Below, one piece after another: positions 25,057-37,463 of a DNA stretch of 64,000 nucleotides (positions within the stretch are counted from its first letter, which is position 1; each line of letters opens with the position of its first letter). The notes under the pieces are model-generated. The model did not search any database and was not told the origin of the DNA. It was given only the letters and a program-made list of their open reading frames with translations. Where the stretch lies: contig NC_043007.1 of assembly GCF_006345805.1 (NCBI RefSeq), positions 56,792,001 through 56,856,000 of the forward strand, written 5' to 3'. A program made the translations under genes and the position numbers. The DNA comes from Octopus sinensis (Eukaryota).

Positions 25057-26582
25057 TATATATTTGTGTATGTGTTTGTGTGCGTATGTGTGTGTGTATA
25101 TCATTCAACCACGGTAGTGATTGAATATATTCTTAAGTCCACCATTTCGTCAATCACAGCAGCTTCCAAGCTTCACCACTAAATCAGTTCTCAACTAAAT
25201 TGCAAACTGTTAACAGTTTTAAAGAGGACACCTCCTCAGCTACACTTTGGCATAAATAGTTTGAGATTTGGTTCCGTAGAAAAAAAGTTACATCAAAATA
25301 TCTGCGACCTCAAGGGTGGCAGTAAAGCAGATATTCATCTTCAATTAACATAAATTTCTTTAATTTTAAATTAAAAGTATATTTTTCTAAGGCTTAAATG
25401 ATGGAAAAATGCATGAGGAATCCAGAATCGTTGGTTGCATTGAACAAAAATTAGTAGAAAAGCAAATATGAAGTAAAATAATGCAAAATTTTATGTCAGT
25501 AATTAAGGAAGTAAGGGACTAAGGCTTAAGCAATAAGAATAAAGAAAATATGTCTAAAATGAATGTTTACATTATGTCTAAAATGAATGTTTTCATTCTA
25601 AGGCGGCGAGCTGGCAAAAATGTTACCGTGCCGGGCGAAATGCTTTTCGTCTATCTCTGAGTTAAAATTGCACCGAGATCGACTTTGACGTACAGATTAT
25701 TTCATTAATTTTTTTCGGGGTTTTTTTTTAACTAAACACTCTCAAACTTCCGATACTGGTAGAAGTGTCGCATAGAACAGGGTTTACTCTTAACGTTTTT
25801 GACAAAATTTTGTATTTTAGAAGTTATTTCGTCAGAAGTTACAGAGTAACAATGGACAAATTCGGGTTTGATAATACACGAAACTTTCAGTTTTTGACTT
25901 ACTCCCTAACTTCTGCCGATGATATATATACATATTACATATATGTGTAAAAAAATCTCATCACACCATCGAACCAATGAAAGAGCCTGTAACTGGTCGC
26001 TCGACACGCTAAAAATAGCAGCCAAAGCATCCCCTACCTAAATCACTCGCCCATTGTATGTAATCTCCTAGATTATCCCTAAAAAGATGGTTTGCTGAAG
26101 ACTGGAATGTTTTTGATGATAGGTTTGCAGTATCAGGGTTGATATGAGGCTAAATAACAACATTATGGTAAATTTCTATATTAACACCCGCACGATTTTC
26201 ACTAAGAAAAAAAAACATTTGATTTTTTTCCTTGCATGTAATCAAGTACCCTGACCTCCTAATATGCTGCAAATCCCTTATTTTGGTTCCGAAAAAATAA
26301 GGTGGGGTTCTCATCCCCCTCTTCAATCCCGGAATCATTGGAAATTTTTTTTCGTTGCATGAATTCCTGTGACCTCTTAATATTACAAAATTAGGTTACT
26401 TAAGGTGAGCATGGTAACTGATGGTTTTGGGATCTTGTCTGTAACTTTTGGTGAGTCATCGTGCAACCAACAACTTGGTAAAAATCCCTGCCATTAATTT
26501 GGTGTGGATGGGTAATATTAAATAATTCAATCACAACATATATTTAAATTAAACATGAAAAAAATTGAAATATTATCATCAC

Positions 26583-27213
26583 TTACATGGAAAAATAAAA
26601 ATATTATCTTTCAGTATTTTATAAGGTAAAATCTTCAATTATTAATTGACACATTATTAATTATTATATAACAGCAATGCCTGGAAAAATCGTGGATAAC
26701 GTAGAAAAATGCGAGCATGAAAAGTAATATTCTTAAGGTTATAAACCTGGAAAAGTACAGGACAAGTTATTACACCTGTAAAAGTATAGGAAGCTATTAC
26801 TTCTAGTAAAGAATAAGAAACTATTTACTATAAATATTGCAGCTAAAATTAAAATTTGAATGTTGAAACTCTATTTTATTATAGTTTACAAATTACACTA
26901 TACTTATTTAAGTAGAATTTGGCTATTTTACTACCTTATATACAGAAAAAAGTGACTAATAAGACAAACTTACATATTAGCTGAGCAGTTTTGTATAATA
27001 AATTTAAAAGATGAGAAATGCAAACCGATAAATTAGAAGAGCTGGCATTCTCTGCTCCAATATTTTAAGTAAAAAGTTTCTTATTCTTTACTTTACTAGA
27101 AGTAATAGCTTCTCCTATACTTTCACAGTTGTAATAACTTTTCCTGTTTTTTCCCAGGTTTATAATCTTAAGAATTTACTTTTCATTCTCGCATTTTTCA
27201 TTTTTCCATGTAA
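26583..27213. mobile_element. Foldback/MITE-like element with ~140-bp imperfect inverted repeats
   Basis: 26700-26822 is the inverted copy of 27074-27200; termini ttacatggaaaaat / atttttccatgtaa. Confidence 0.75.
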
Positions 27214-27304
27214 TATATATATATTTATATATATATATATATATATATCTATATATATATTATATTATATATATAATATATATATATGCATGTATATATA
27301 TATA

Positions 27305-29283
27305 GTCCCATGAAAAGGAGAGAGCAGATAAGAAGCTTGGGTAATGAAAATAGAAAATCAAACCCTAAGCTTTCTTTAAGTTTGCCAAAGAGACAGCCAC
27401 AGTGCACCAGAGAATAGGACCTCTCTTCCAAAAAGATGGCTCTCTCATAGGAAATCCCACGAGGATAAGTGAAATACTGAACGAACAGTTCCAAAGTGTG
27501 TTCACTACACCTCTAGGACACAGGCAAGTAAACAACCCAGAAGAATTCTTGCCACTTTACCTGCGGCCAAAGAGACAAAAATTGAGTACATCAACATCGA
27601 AGATGATGATATCAACTAGCCATAGATGAGATTGACACAAACTCAGCTGCTGGACCTGATGGATTCCCAGCGATCCTTCTCAAATCGTGCAAACGAGCCC
27701 TTGCAAAACCGCTACAGCTTCTTTTCAGAGCTTTCTTGCAAGTGGTAAGCTCCCAGTCAAATTGAAAGAGGGGGTAATATGCCCTATCCATAAGGGAGGT
27801 AGCAGAGCAGATGCTAAAAATTATAGGCCTATCTCTCTGACCTCACACATCAGCAAAGTCATGGAACGAATAGTCCGTAAGAAACTAATCATGTTCCTTG
27901 AAGAAAATGACTTGCTGTCTGACACCCAGCATGGATTTCGACCAGGTAGAGGCTGCCTAACACAGCTCCTGCAACACTATGACTGGGTGTGTGAAACAGC
28001 TACTAAATGGCTCAAATGTGGATGTAAGAATATCTCGACTTTGCAAAAGCCTTTGATAACAGTCGACCATGGTATGATCTGTCACAAACTGCGTGGTCTC
28101 GGCATAGGCGGGAAACTTGGAGAGTGGCTGCACAACTTCCTAAAAGACAGAAAACAGGCAGTTGTGAGCAATGGAGCCACCTCCAAGGAAACGCAAATAA
28201 CAAGCGGTGTCCCACAGAGCACTGTCTTGGGGCCACTGATGTTCATAGTGGCCCTTTCAGACATACCTTCAGTTGCTACGATGACCACCCTTGCTAGCTA
28301 TGCAGATGACACAAAAGTCTCCCACGCAATACAAAACCCTGAAAATATTGCGCATCTGCAACATGAGCTGGACACAATATACAGGTGGGCTGTGGACAAC
28401 AAGATGCAGTTTAATGCAGGTAAGTTCTAGGCCCTGCGCTACTGGCACACAAAGGTAAACGACGTGAAGACTGGATACACTGGCCCAGGAAGAATTGCAA
28501 TCCCTGAGTCAAAATTAGTGCGTGACCTGGGCATTGACATGAGCAATGATGCATCTTTCCAAGTGCATATTGCTAATCTGGTGATAAAATGCAGACGGCT
28601 AGCTGTTGGATTCTCCGAACTTTCAGAACAAGAGAGAAGGAGACACTGATGGTCCTATGGAAAACATTGTCCTCAGCCGCTTGGACTACTGCTCCCAACT
28701 GTGGTCACCACACAATAAAACTACAGCAGAACTCGAAGCAATTCAGAGAAGCTACACAAAGAAAATCGTCTCAATGCAAAATATCAGCTACTGGGAAAGA
28801 CTGAAGGTATTAAACCTCTTCTCCCTAGAGCGGAGGCGGGAGAGATATGCGGTGATATACATCTGGAAATTCCTGGAGGGTCTTGTCCCAAACTTTGGCA
28901 TTCAAAGTTACCCCAACCGCAGAACGGGGCGCCGCTGCGTGGTGCCAAGGATTCCAACATCACCATCAAAATACAGGTCCAAATACTGCAACAGCTTGGG
29001 TTTCAGAGGACCACAGCTCTTTAACATCCTCCCTAAATGCCTGAGAGACTTACATGGTGTGGATGTGGGTTTCTTTAAAACTAAACTGGATCTCTTCTTG
29101 TTGGGAGTCCCAGATGAACCTACCTCACGACAGGAGACGCGGATGCGGGCGGCGGCATCGAACTCCCTTGTTGATCAGGTGCCACGTATCAGAGGTGGAT
29201 TCACAAATTAGTGTAACTCATTCAGCGGTGGTGCCCCAGCATGGCCGCGGCCTTCGGGCTAAAACATTTTTAAGGATATAAGG
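27305..29283 (+). mobile_element. 5'-truncated CR1-group LINE (RT + C-terminus + 3' UTR) within (TA)n
   Basis: NYRPISLTSHISKVMERIV, QHGFRPGRGCLTQLL, GVPQSTVLGP, YADDTK, RLDYCSQLWSPH, SYWERLKVLNLFSLERRR; frameshifts and stops present. Confidence 0.93.
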
Positions 29284-29339
29284 ATTTAAGAATATATATA
29301 TATATACATATACATATACATATACAATATATGTATATA

Positions 29340-29409
<70 letters not shown>

Positions 29410-29499
29410 ATATATATGTTGTATATGTATATATGAATATATGTACATATGTATATATGAATATATGTACATATATATATATATATATATATAATATAC

Positions 29500-29692
29500 A
29501 CTTACTCACTCTTTTACTCTTTATTTGTTTCAGTCACTTGACTGCGGCCATGCTGGAGCATCACCTTTAATCGAACAAATCGGCCCCAAGACTTACTCTT
29601 TTTAAGCCTAGTACTTATTCTATCACTCTCTTTTGCCGAACCGCTAAGTTACGGGGATGTAAACACACCACCGTCTGTTGTCAAGCGATGGT

Positions 29693-29776
<84 letters not shown>

Positions 29777-29934
29777 GACGGGCTTCTTTCAGTTTCCATC
29801 TACCAAATCCACTCACAAGGTTTTGGTCGGCCCGAGTCCATAGTTGAAGACACTTGCCGAAAGTACCACACAGTGGGACTGAACCTGGAACCATGTGGCT
29901 GGTAAGCAAGCTACTTACCACATCATTCCTTCGC

Positions 29935-29935
<1 letters not shown>
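29500..29935 (-). mobile_element. SINE family A, full length
   Basis: Head aggcgaaggaatgatgtggtaagtagcttgcttacc, internal (TA)n(TG)n, tail ctccagcatggccgcagtcaagtgactgaaaca. Confidence 0.9.
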
Positions 29936-30003
<68 letters not shown>

Positions 30004-30004
<1 letters not shown>

Positions 30005-30226
30005 TCCACCAGTTGATTATAGGTGCACCCTGCACCCTGTACATATATATTGCCAATAGGGGAGCGAACCCCTATTATTCCTCCAGCAGACAATAGGATC
30101 GTGAGACCGATTCAGTTTCGAGCTAGTTCGCTCACGACTAATAGGCAGAGAGATGGCCAACGTGTGCTACCTGATAGCATTATCTATGTACAGTGTGCAT
30201 AGTGCACCTATAACCAGTTGGCGGAA
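30004..30226. mobile_element. MITE, ~220 bp with ~45-bp TIRs
   Basis: ttccaccagttgattataggtgcaccctgcaccctgtacata versus tatgtacagtgtgcatagtgcacctataaccagttggcggaa. Confidence 0.8.
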
Positions 30227-30482
30227 TATCTGCCTTGGGTTAAACTAGTAATAACATTGAAAAGCCATATTGATGCAGCATTTAACTTTATCTGTTAGTA
30301 TAGTTACTTCTCTCATCTCATTGAGATTTTACAATATATGTGTGTGTGCGTGTGTGTGTTTCAAAATAAAGTGGTAGATAAGTACAGAGCGTAATATGGA
30401 ATTAAAAAGTAACAAAGGAACAAGAATTACACAATCAACTTACGTAATTCCACTTCATTTTTAAATATTTAATTTCCTAAAA

Positions 30483-30689
30483 GCGCAGGCGTGGCTGTGG
30501 AGTAAAAAAGCTTTCTTCCCAACCACATGATTCCGGGTACTGTCTCAATACGCAGCACCTTGGATGTCTTGTTTTATGGCCTTGGGCCGACTAAAGCCTT
30601 GTGAGTGGATTTTGTAGAAGGAAACTGAAAGAAGCCCGTGGTGTGTGTGTGTGCGCGCGCACATGTGTGTGTGTGTGTGTTGCGCGCGC

Positions 30690-30731
<42 letters not shown>

Positions 30732-30955
30732 CTTTGCGTCTGTGTTTGTACCCCCACCAATCGCTTGACAACCAATGCTGGTATGTTTACATCCCCATAA
30801 CTTTGCGGTTTGGCACAAGAGTCCGATGCAATAAGTACTAGGCTTACAAAGAATAAGTCCTGGGGTCGATTTCTTCAACTAAAAGAAAAATACCTCTAAA
30901 GCGATTCTCCAGCATAGTTGCTGCCAAATGACTGAAACAAGTAAAGAAGTAAACG
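30483..30955 (+). mobile_element. SINE family A, full length
   Basis: agcgcaggcgtggctgtggagtaaaaaagctttcttcccaaccacatg.. internal (TG)n .. aaatgactgaaacaagtaaag. Confidence 0.88.
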
Positions 30956-30958
30956 AAT

Positions 30959-31627
30959 TTACTGAGATCTCCCTTTTTAGTAGAAGAAATAGCTATAACC
31001 CTTTGACTGCTATTTCTAAATTCGGTATGTGGTAAGGCAACTCGTTGCTAACCCTTATTGCTTAGTATTACTTAAATTTTCCTCGAATGAGGCTTTTACA
31101 TGCCGAAGACTACTTGGTGTAATTGATAATTTTTCCAAATTAATTAATTTCACCCTTCATTATTACGGATAACCATATTTTATCTCAGTAGATGACCACA
31201 GCATCTTGTTTTTGCTACACGCGGGTGGGAGGGGCTGTTGGCACAATCGTTTCATTCACAAATTGAATTCGGTGATACCAATTGCGGGTTTTAGCTCGCT
31301 CTGATACTGAGTGGAGTTGGTGCCTTCTGGTATCTCAAAATTCAATATATAATCATTTATGATTATAGTATTCTACGCTGAAGAGAAAAGAAGTTTCGGT
31401 AAGATAGAATTATTTATTATTAATATTTAATATTTAATTCGTATGCTTTCCTTAAAACTTGATTTCGAAACGTACGTCCGTGGATAACTAAAAAAATGTA
31501 TGATAGATTGCAGTCAATTCATTCTCTCTTACCTGTTTGTGCCTTCCAAATGCTGTTTTTACTGAGATCTCCTTTTTAGTAGAAAAATAGCTATAACCCT
31601 TTGACTGCTATTTCTAAATTCGGTATA
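30959..31627 (+). mobile_element. Non-coding Penelope-derived / retrozyme-like unit: 600-bp monomer with ~68-bp terminal direct repeat
   Basis: ttactgagatctcc..ctataaccctttgactgctatttctaaattcggtat occurs at 30959 and 31559; internal hammerhead; no ORF in the track. Confidence 0.75.
31373..31483 (+). ncRNA. Type I hammerhead ribozyme with intact core and long stem II
   Basis: CUACG-CUGAAGA-[gaaa..aagttt ... aaactt..tttc]-GAAA-CGUACG-UC^CGUGG; stem I CUACG/CGUGG. Confidence 0.8.
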
Positions 31628-31950
31628 TATATATATTAATATATATATATATATATATAATTATATATATAATATATATATATATATTAAAAGGACTATA
31701 CACTTGTGACGTTAAGTTCAAGTTTCTCTTTGTCTGACAAATGACTTGATCAGGAACTTAAACTGAATTATTTACATCGTGAAATAGTTATTTTAACCAG
31801 TTAAGAATATATCAAAACTGCTTTATAAAACTTTATCTGTATTCTTAATAGCACCGTCTACTATAAAGTTTCAAAAAGTTTCTTCGTATTCTTGCAACCT
31901 GGTCAATAATAAAGTTCCATTGTATCTTTTTAAAATCAATGGCCAGTTTC

Positions 31951-31991
<41 letters not shown>

Positions 31992-32032
31992 ATGTATGTA
32001 TGTATGTATGTTTGTATGTATGTATGTATGTA

Positions 32033-32534
32033 TAGGTGCGGGAATGGCCGTAAGAGCAGGAATGGTTATGCGGTAAGTAGCTTGCTTACCAACCACATGG
32101 TTCCAGGTTCAGTTCCCCTGCGTAGCACGTTGGGTGAGTGTCTTCTACTATAACATAGGACCGACTAAAACCATGTGAGTGGATTTGGTAGACGGAAACC
32201 GAAAGAAGCCCGTCGTATGTGTGTGTGTATGTGTGTGTGTGCGCACGTGCGTGTGTAAATTTGTGTGTATCTGTGTTTATCTCCCCACCATCACTTGACA
32301 ACCGATCTTGATGTGTTTAAGTCCTCGTAACCTAGCGGTTCAGCAAAAGAAAGTGATAGAATAGGCTTGCAAAAAATAAGTCCTGGGGTCGATTTGATCA
32401 ACTAAAGACGGTGCTCCAGCATGGCCGCAGTCGAATGACTGAAACAAATAAAAGAAAAAGAATAAAAGAATATGTGTGTGCATGTGTATGTGCGTGTGTA
32501 TATATGTGTGTGTGTGTGTGTGTGTATGTGTGTG

Positions 32535-32577
<43 letters not shown>

Positions 32578-32790
32578 TTATGTCTTTGTGTCTGTGTTTG
32601 TCCCCTCCACCGCTTGACAACAGGTGTTGGTTTCTTTACACCCCTCCCAACTTAGCGATTCAGCAAAAGATACCGACAGTGTAAGTACAGGGCTTTTGAA
32701 AAAGAAAGCATGAATACTAGGGTCAATTAACACAACTAAATCTGCTTCAAGGTGGTGCCCAGCAAGGCTGCAATCCAATGACTGAAACAC
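32033..32790 (+). mobile_element. SINE family A plus a second 3'-half copy
   Basis: Full copy ~32033-32465 and a repeated 3' half ~32580-32790. Confidence 0.85.
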
Positions 32791-33194
32791 TTAAAGGGTA
32801 CTTCAAATATTTCGGTTCGATTTAATAGCGTAATTCTTTTATATTTTGGTCAGTTGGCTTTTTGTATGAGAGTAAATCTACCTTTTGTTAAATCTGTTGA
32901 TATGCAGCATTTTATCTTCTTTTGTTTTCTCTCTCTTAACTTGGGACTTGTGGGTCTGCATTGATGTAATACCAATCTAATTATAAACGATATCATTCAC
33001 CAATGCATCAATACAGTTGTAATTATGTTCAAGTGATTAACAAGTATGGAGTGGTATTCTACCGTGCTAATATTGATGAACTGGACGTATTCCTAACTCT
33101 CAGTACTGTTGGGTTTTTTTAAGACACCCCATTTACTTCCGATGAAAGCTGAATAGTTGGAATAAAAACACATCTAACACCCCAACTGTAGTAA

Positions 33195-33412
33195 TGATTT
33201 CAAATTTTGGCACAAAGGCCAACAATTTCGAGGAAGTAGATAAGTCGATTTTTATCGACACCAGTATTCCACTGGTCTTTACCTTATCGATCCCGAAAGG
33301 ATGAAAGGCAAAGTCGACCTCGACAGAATTTAAATTCAGAACGTAAAAACGGACGAGATGCTACTCAGCATTTAGCCCGACGTGTTAACAGTTCTGCCAT
33401 CTCGCTGCCTTC
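33195..33412 (-). mobile_element. SINE family B (other copies ~25600, ~33660, ~35887, ~45785, ~54005, ~59790, ~62680)
   Basis: tatcgatcccgaaaggatgaaaggcaaagtcgacctcg. Confidence 0.8.
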
Positions 33413-34204
33413 CCTTGAACCACGATTGGTTATGCAGTTTGTGCCTGCTTTAAAGCTATTGATTTAAAATGTGCTCCTACGGTGGTGCTCCAGCATGACT
33501 GAAGTTACATGGCTGAAACGAATGAAAGAATTTAAAATTGAGGAACGCGTATTATACAAAGATGAAAGTACTACCTGCTTGAGGAAAGCTGAAGAACGTC
33601 AGCAAACGTTTTAGGGTGGTGGTGGCATAAAGAAATGAGAAACATTTAAGTTTCATATCTTTTCCGCGCTGGCCGACTTTTATTCGTTTAGGGGTCGATA
33701 AAATAAATATCAGTTGAGTACTGGGATTGATGTAATCGACTTTTTCGCCACTCAAAATCTGTTATTAGAAAGGGTTAATTCCACGCCTTGACAGCCGATA
33801 AGGAAATTATTTGTACTGGGTACCGAATTATGGAGAGAGAACATAATCATCACCAGAATACTAAGTCATGTACGTTCCTTTCATATTACAGAAAATCTAT
33901 TACGAACTTACTATTAATACAGAGAGAGGGAAGAAAGAGAGAATCAAAAGATGAGATCCAGAGATCGCTCAACTGATTTGAAATTACACTCCAAAATCTT
34001 TACCGAGGACTAAGTCCGCAACGTAAAGAGTAACTCTAAGAGGAATCCAGGTGAGTAGATATGGAAACGATGATGCAAATAAACAAATATTTAAGCAGTT
34101 TTATTTGTTTATTTGCATCCGTACAAACACACACATACATACATACCACACACCCCTACATGCATACACACACACACATACACACACACGCACACACACG
34201 CACG

Positions 34205-34243
<39 letters not shown>

Positions 34244-36096
34244 ACACACACACACACCACACACACACACATATATATATAAAAGAAAGATCTACGTAAG
34301 CCTATGTAACACAAACTTTGTCCCTCTGAGATGTTCAGTAACTGACAGCGCACAACCATTCAACAGGTAGTCAGTGATAAGGACTTTATGTTAATTAAGC
34401 AAACGGAAAATCCAGTGTAAAGAAAATATGTAACAGCCCCTACAAGTTACATTTCGGTCCTATTACTTTTGATAACAATAACTACCTAATATTATTATTC
34501 GCATCTTAAAGAGCTGTGCACACACGTTTACACACGCATTAATAGGAATAACGCAACACACACGCACGCACACACACACACGCACATATGTATATATACA
34601 CACATACAAGCGCACACATACAGACATGCATTTATCCATATATATATACACATACGTGCGTATCTATGTGTATGTCAACTAGTTTATGTAAATATAACAG
34701 TATGAGCGACAGTTGTCTAGGGAAACGATGTTGTAAGCCAGCTTTATCAATTCCATATTTTCAAATACAATCTCAAGCAATGCAATTTACGCGTCACCAG
34801 ATGGCTAGAGTATCTTAAGGAACTTTTTAAAAATGAATATAATAGAAACCTCCTGAAGCTTAATGCATAGAGATATAGCTCGAAAAGAAAATTAAGAGAG
34901 TTTCCTGCATCCTGTACAAACCCATCCCCAGTAGACTGCTGTAGGTTATGTATTTCTGTGCTGCGGCTATGGGCTGGGATTTAATGCAGAAGCTAAACAG
35001 TATTCATATTAACAGGGAATAACCATACTTATACACTACAGTGGGAGAACTCCCATGTTGTCCCTCGACTCGTTAGAAGTAACGACCATATATCCTTCAA
35101 CTTACAGCCAACTCTCTTAAAATAGTGAACGGATTTTGTATATATCGCTTGGAGCGAGATGAGTTATTGCTATCACTAGCGGTTTAGCGTCCATCATTGA
35201 TGAGACTGATGATGGACTAAAAAGTCACATGACCTGGTGATCTCGGGGCTGGAGATGGTGGGGATTTATCTCCCCGCTAGCGATATAAACAAGAGTGCAT
35301 TTTGTACGAAAAACCAATATGACAGTTACTCTCATGGTATCCATAGCAGCAAAGTTTGTTCTAACAGAACATCCACGCTTAAGTAGGAATAAATATTTGC
35401 TACCGGTATTAATACTGCCTCTGTCGCTGATATATATATAGTGATATTGAATAATATAGTGCAAACTAACAAAACACGAGAAAAGTAATTAGTGCCATGT
35501 CTCTTCGTACGTATTTACAGTTGAGTGAACTAAAATACTTCAAAATTACATACCTCAGCAAATGACAAATGCAGACCACTGGGACTATATATACATACGT
35601 ATATTATAATTATATATGCAGATATATTGTACAACTGCTATATAAATACATATCTACAAGTATCGATGTAAGTTTGTTAAAAAAATTGAGTCGGATTCAT
35701 TAAACTGCTGAATATTTTAGAAGTATAAACAAATTTAAATGTTAAACAATGATTTATGGAAACGACTCCTAACTTTTAAATGATACTTTTTAGAAGATAT
35801 AATTTCAATACTAACAACATTCCAATACATATTCCATAGATATTTTGCATGAAATAGATTTCTCCGATATTATTACAGATACCGGAAAGGCGGCGAGCTG
35901 GTAGAATCGTTAGCACACCGGGCGAAATGCCTCAAGGTACTTCGTCTGTCTTCACGTTCTGAGTTTCAGGGTCGAATTAATCGACTTATTCCCTCCCTAA
36001 AATTTCAGGTCTTGTTCCTTCTTATTACAGATACTGGAAAATCACTTTAAGCACGCACAATTTTATATCGAAGTATAAAAGTTTAAATCTCTGCTC

Positions 36097-36178
<82 letters not shown>

Positions 36179-37067
36179 GCTTTCAGTTCCCTGACAGAGA
36201 CGTTTGGACGATGGTGTAACGTACAAATTGTCTTAGGAATAATTTTACTTCATGCTTCTGAAAGAGGTAACACTATTTTTCATCAGCGTAATTTCTGCTA
36301 AAAGCTCGTTCACGCAAGCAACATATTGCTACGTAATTAAGATGCACCAAAAGCCTGTATTGGTACAAAGGTAATTGTCAAAATTCTTATGTTCTATGTG
36401 ATCCAAACTACATTATGACTGGTTGTGCCAAACAAGGCAATGTTTTCATTCCTTGCGATCTCCACATCTCGTTAGATATGCTATTTCATTTCAAGCACTT
36501 TCAATTATCAGTAGCCCTGCCTCTATCTAAGGCGATCAGCATGTCTTATAGTCCCTCATAATCCCTCAGAGTTGATATACTTAAAGTGACAAGTTCATAA
36601 TTCTCGCATGGTCAGCTCTTAACTGTATGCTCACGTGTTGAGCCAAATAGACTTCTTTCTGCCGGAGCACCAAACGATGACACAGAGATTTTTGCTAAAC
36701 GAATGGCATTTCTGTTAAAGGTGATTCTGTTTTGTGTGTTGTATATCAAGTTAGAATTGAAAGAAAATATGTAAAGTAGAACATGAAGAGGATATTTTAT
36801 TTAATCACAAAATTAAAATTATCAATAAACACCATGTCAAAAGCTCCACATATCGTGGAAACTTGGAAAAGTTAAACTTTAAGAATGCATGTATGTTGCA
36901 ATAACGATGTATCCAAGCTTAACTGTTTACAAAAACCACTGCATAAAAGTTTTTGAAATTATTTAAGTCATTTGAGTTTAATAAGATAAACCTTTACATT
37001 TGGCCCTCAATCAATGACATACATACATACATACATACATACATACATACATACATACATACATACA

Positions 37068-37101
<34 letters not shown>

Positions 37102-37102
37102 C

Positions 37103-37425
37103 ATGGACACGAATGAGGTTAGAAAAATACAAGAGAAAGAGGACATCTCTGGACCGTTGATAGCTTCATACCTATTTTTATTGGAGCAACAGGATACATA
37201 CCAATCTGCCTGGAGCAAAGTATGGCTGAACCTGAGATCTTGCAGATAGAATGCAAATCCTTAATTCATATGCTACAAATAATCACAATATCTGGGTCTA
37301 TAAAAATCTGCAAGACCTTCTTAAGATTTAAAGGACGATGGCTAAAAGAAGATACTTTTCTTCACAACCTTGCTATCAAGTAGGTGGCCGTCAAAATCTA
37401 CTCCAAATTAAAAACCGAAAGAGAA
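37103..37425 (+). mobile_element. 3' fragment of a divergent R4/Dong-like element between (CATA)n tracts
   Basis: PIFIGATGYIPICL..ISGSIKICKTFLRF parallels PVIIGALGYVTHCL..TVNLCKTFQKF. Confidence 0.7.
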
Positions 37426-37463
37426 CATACACACATGCATACATACATACATACATACATACA

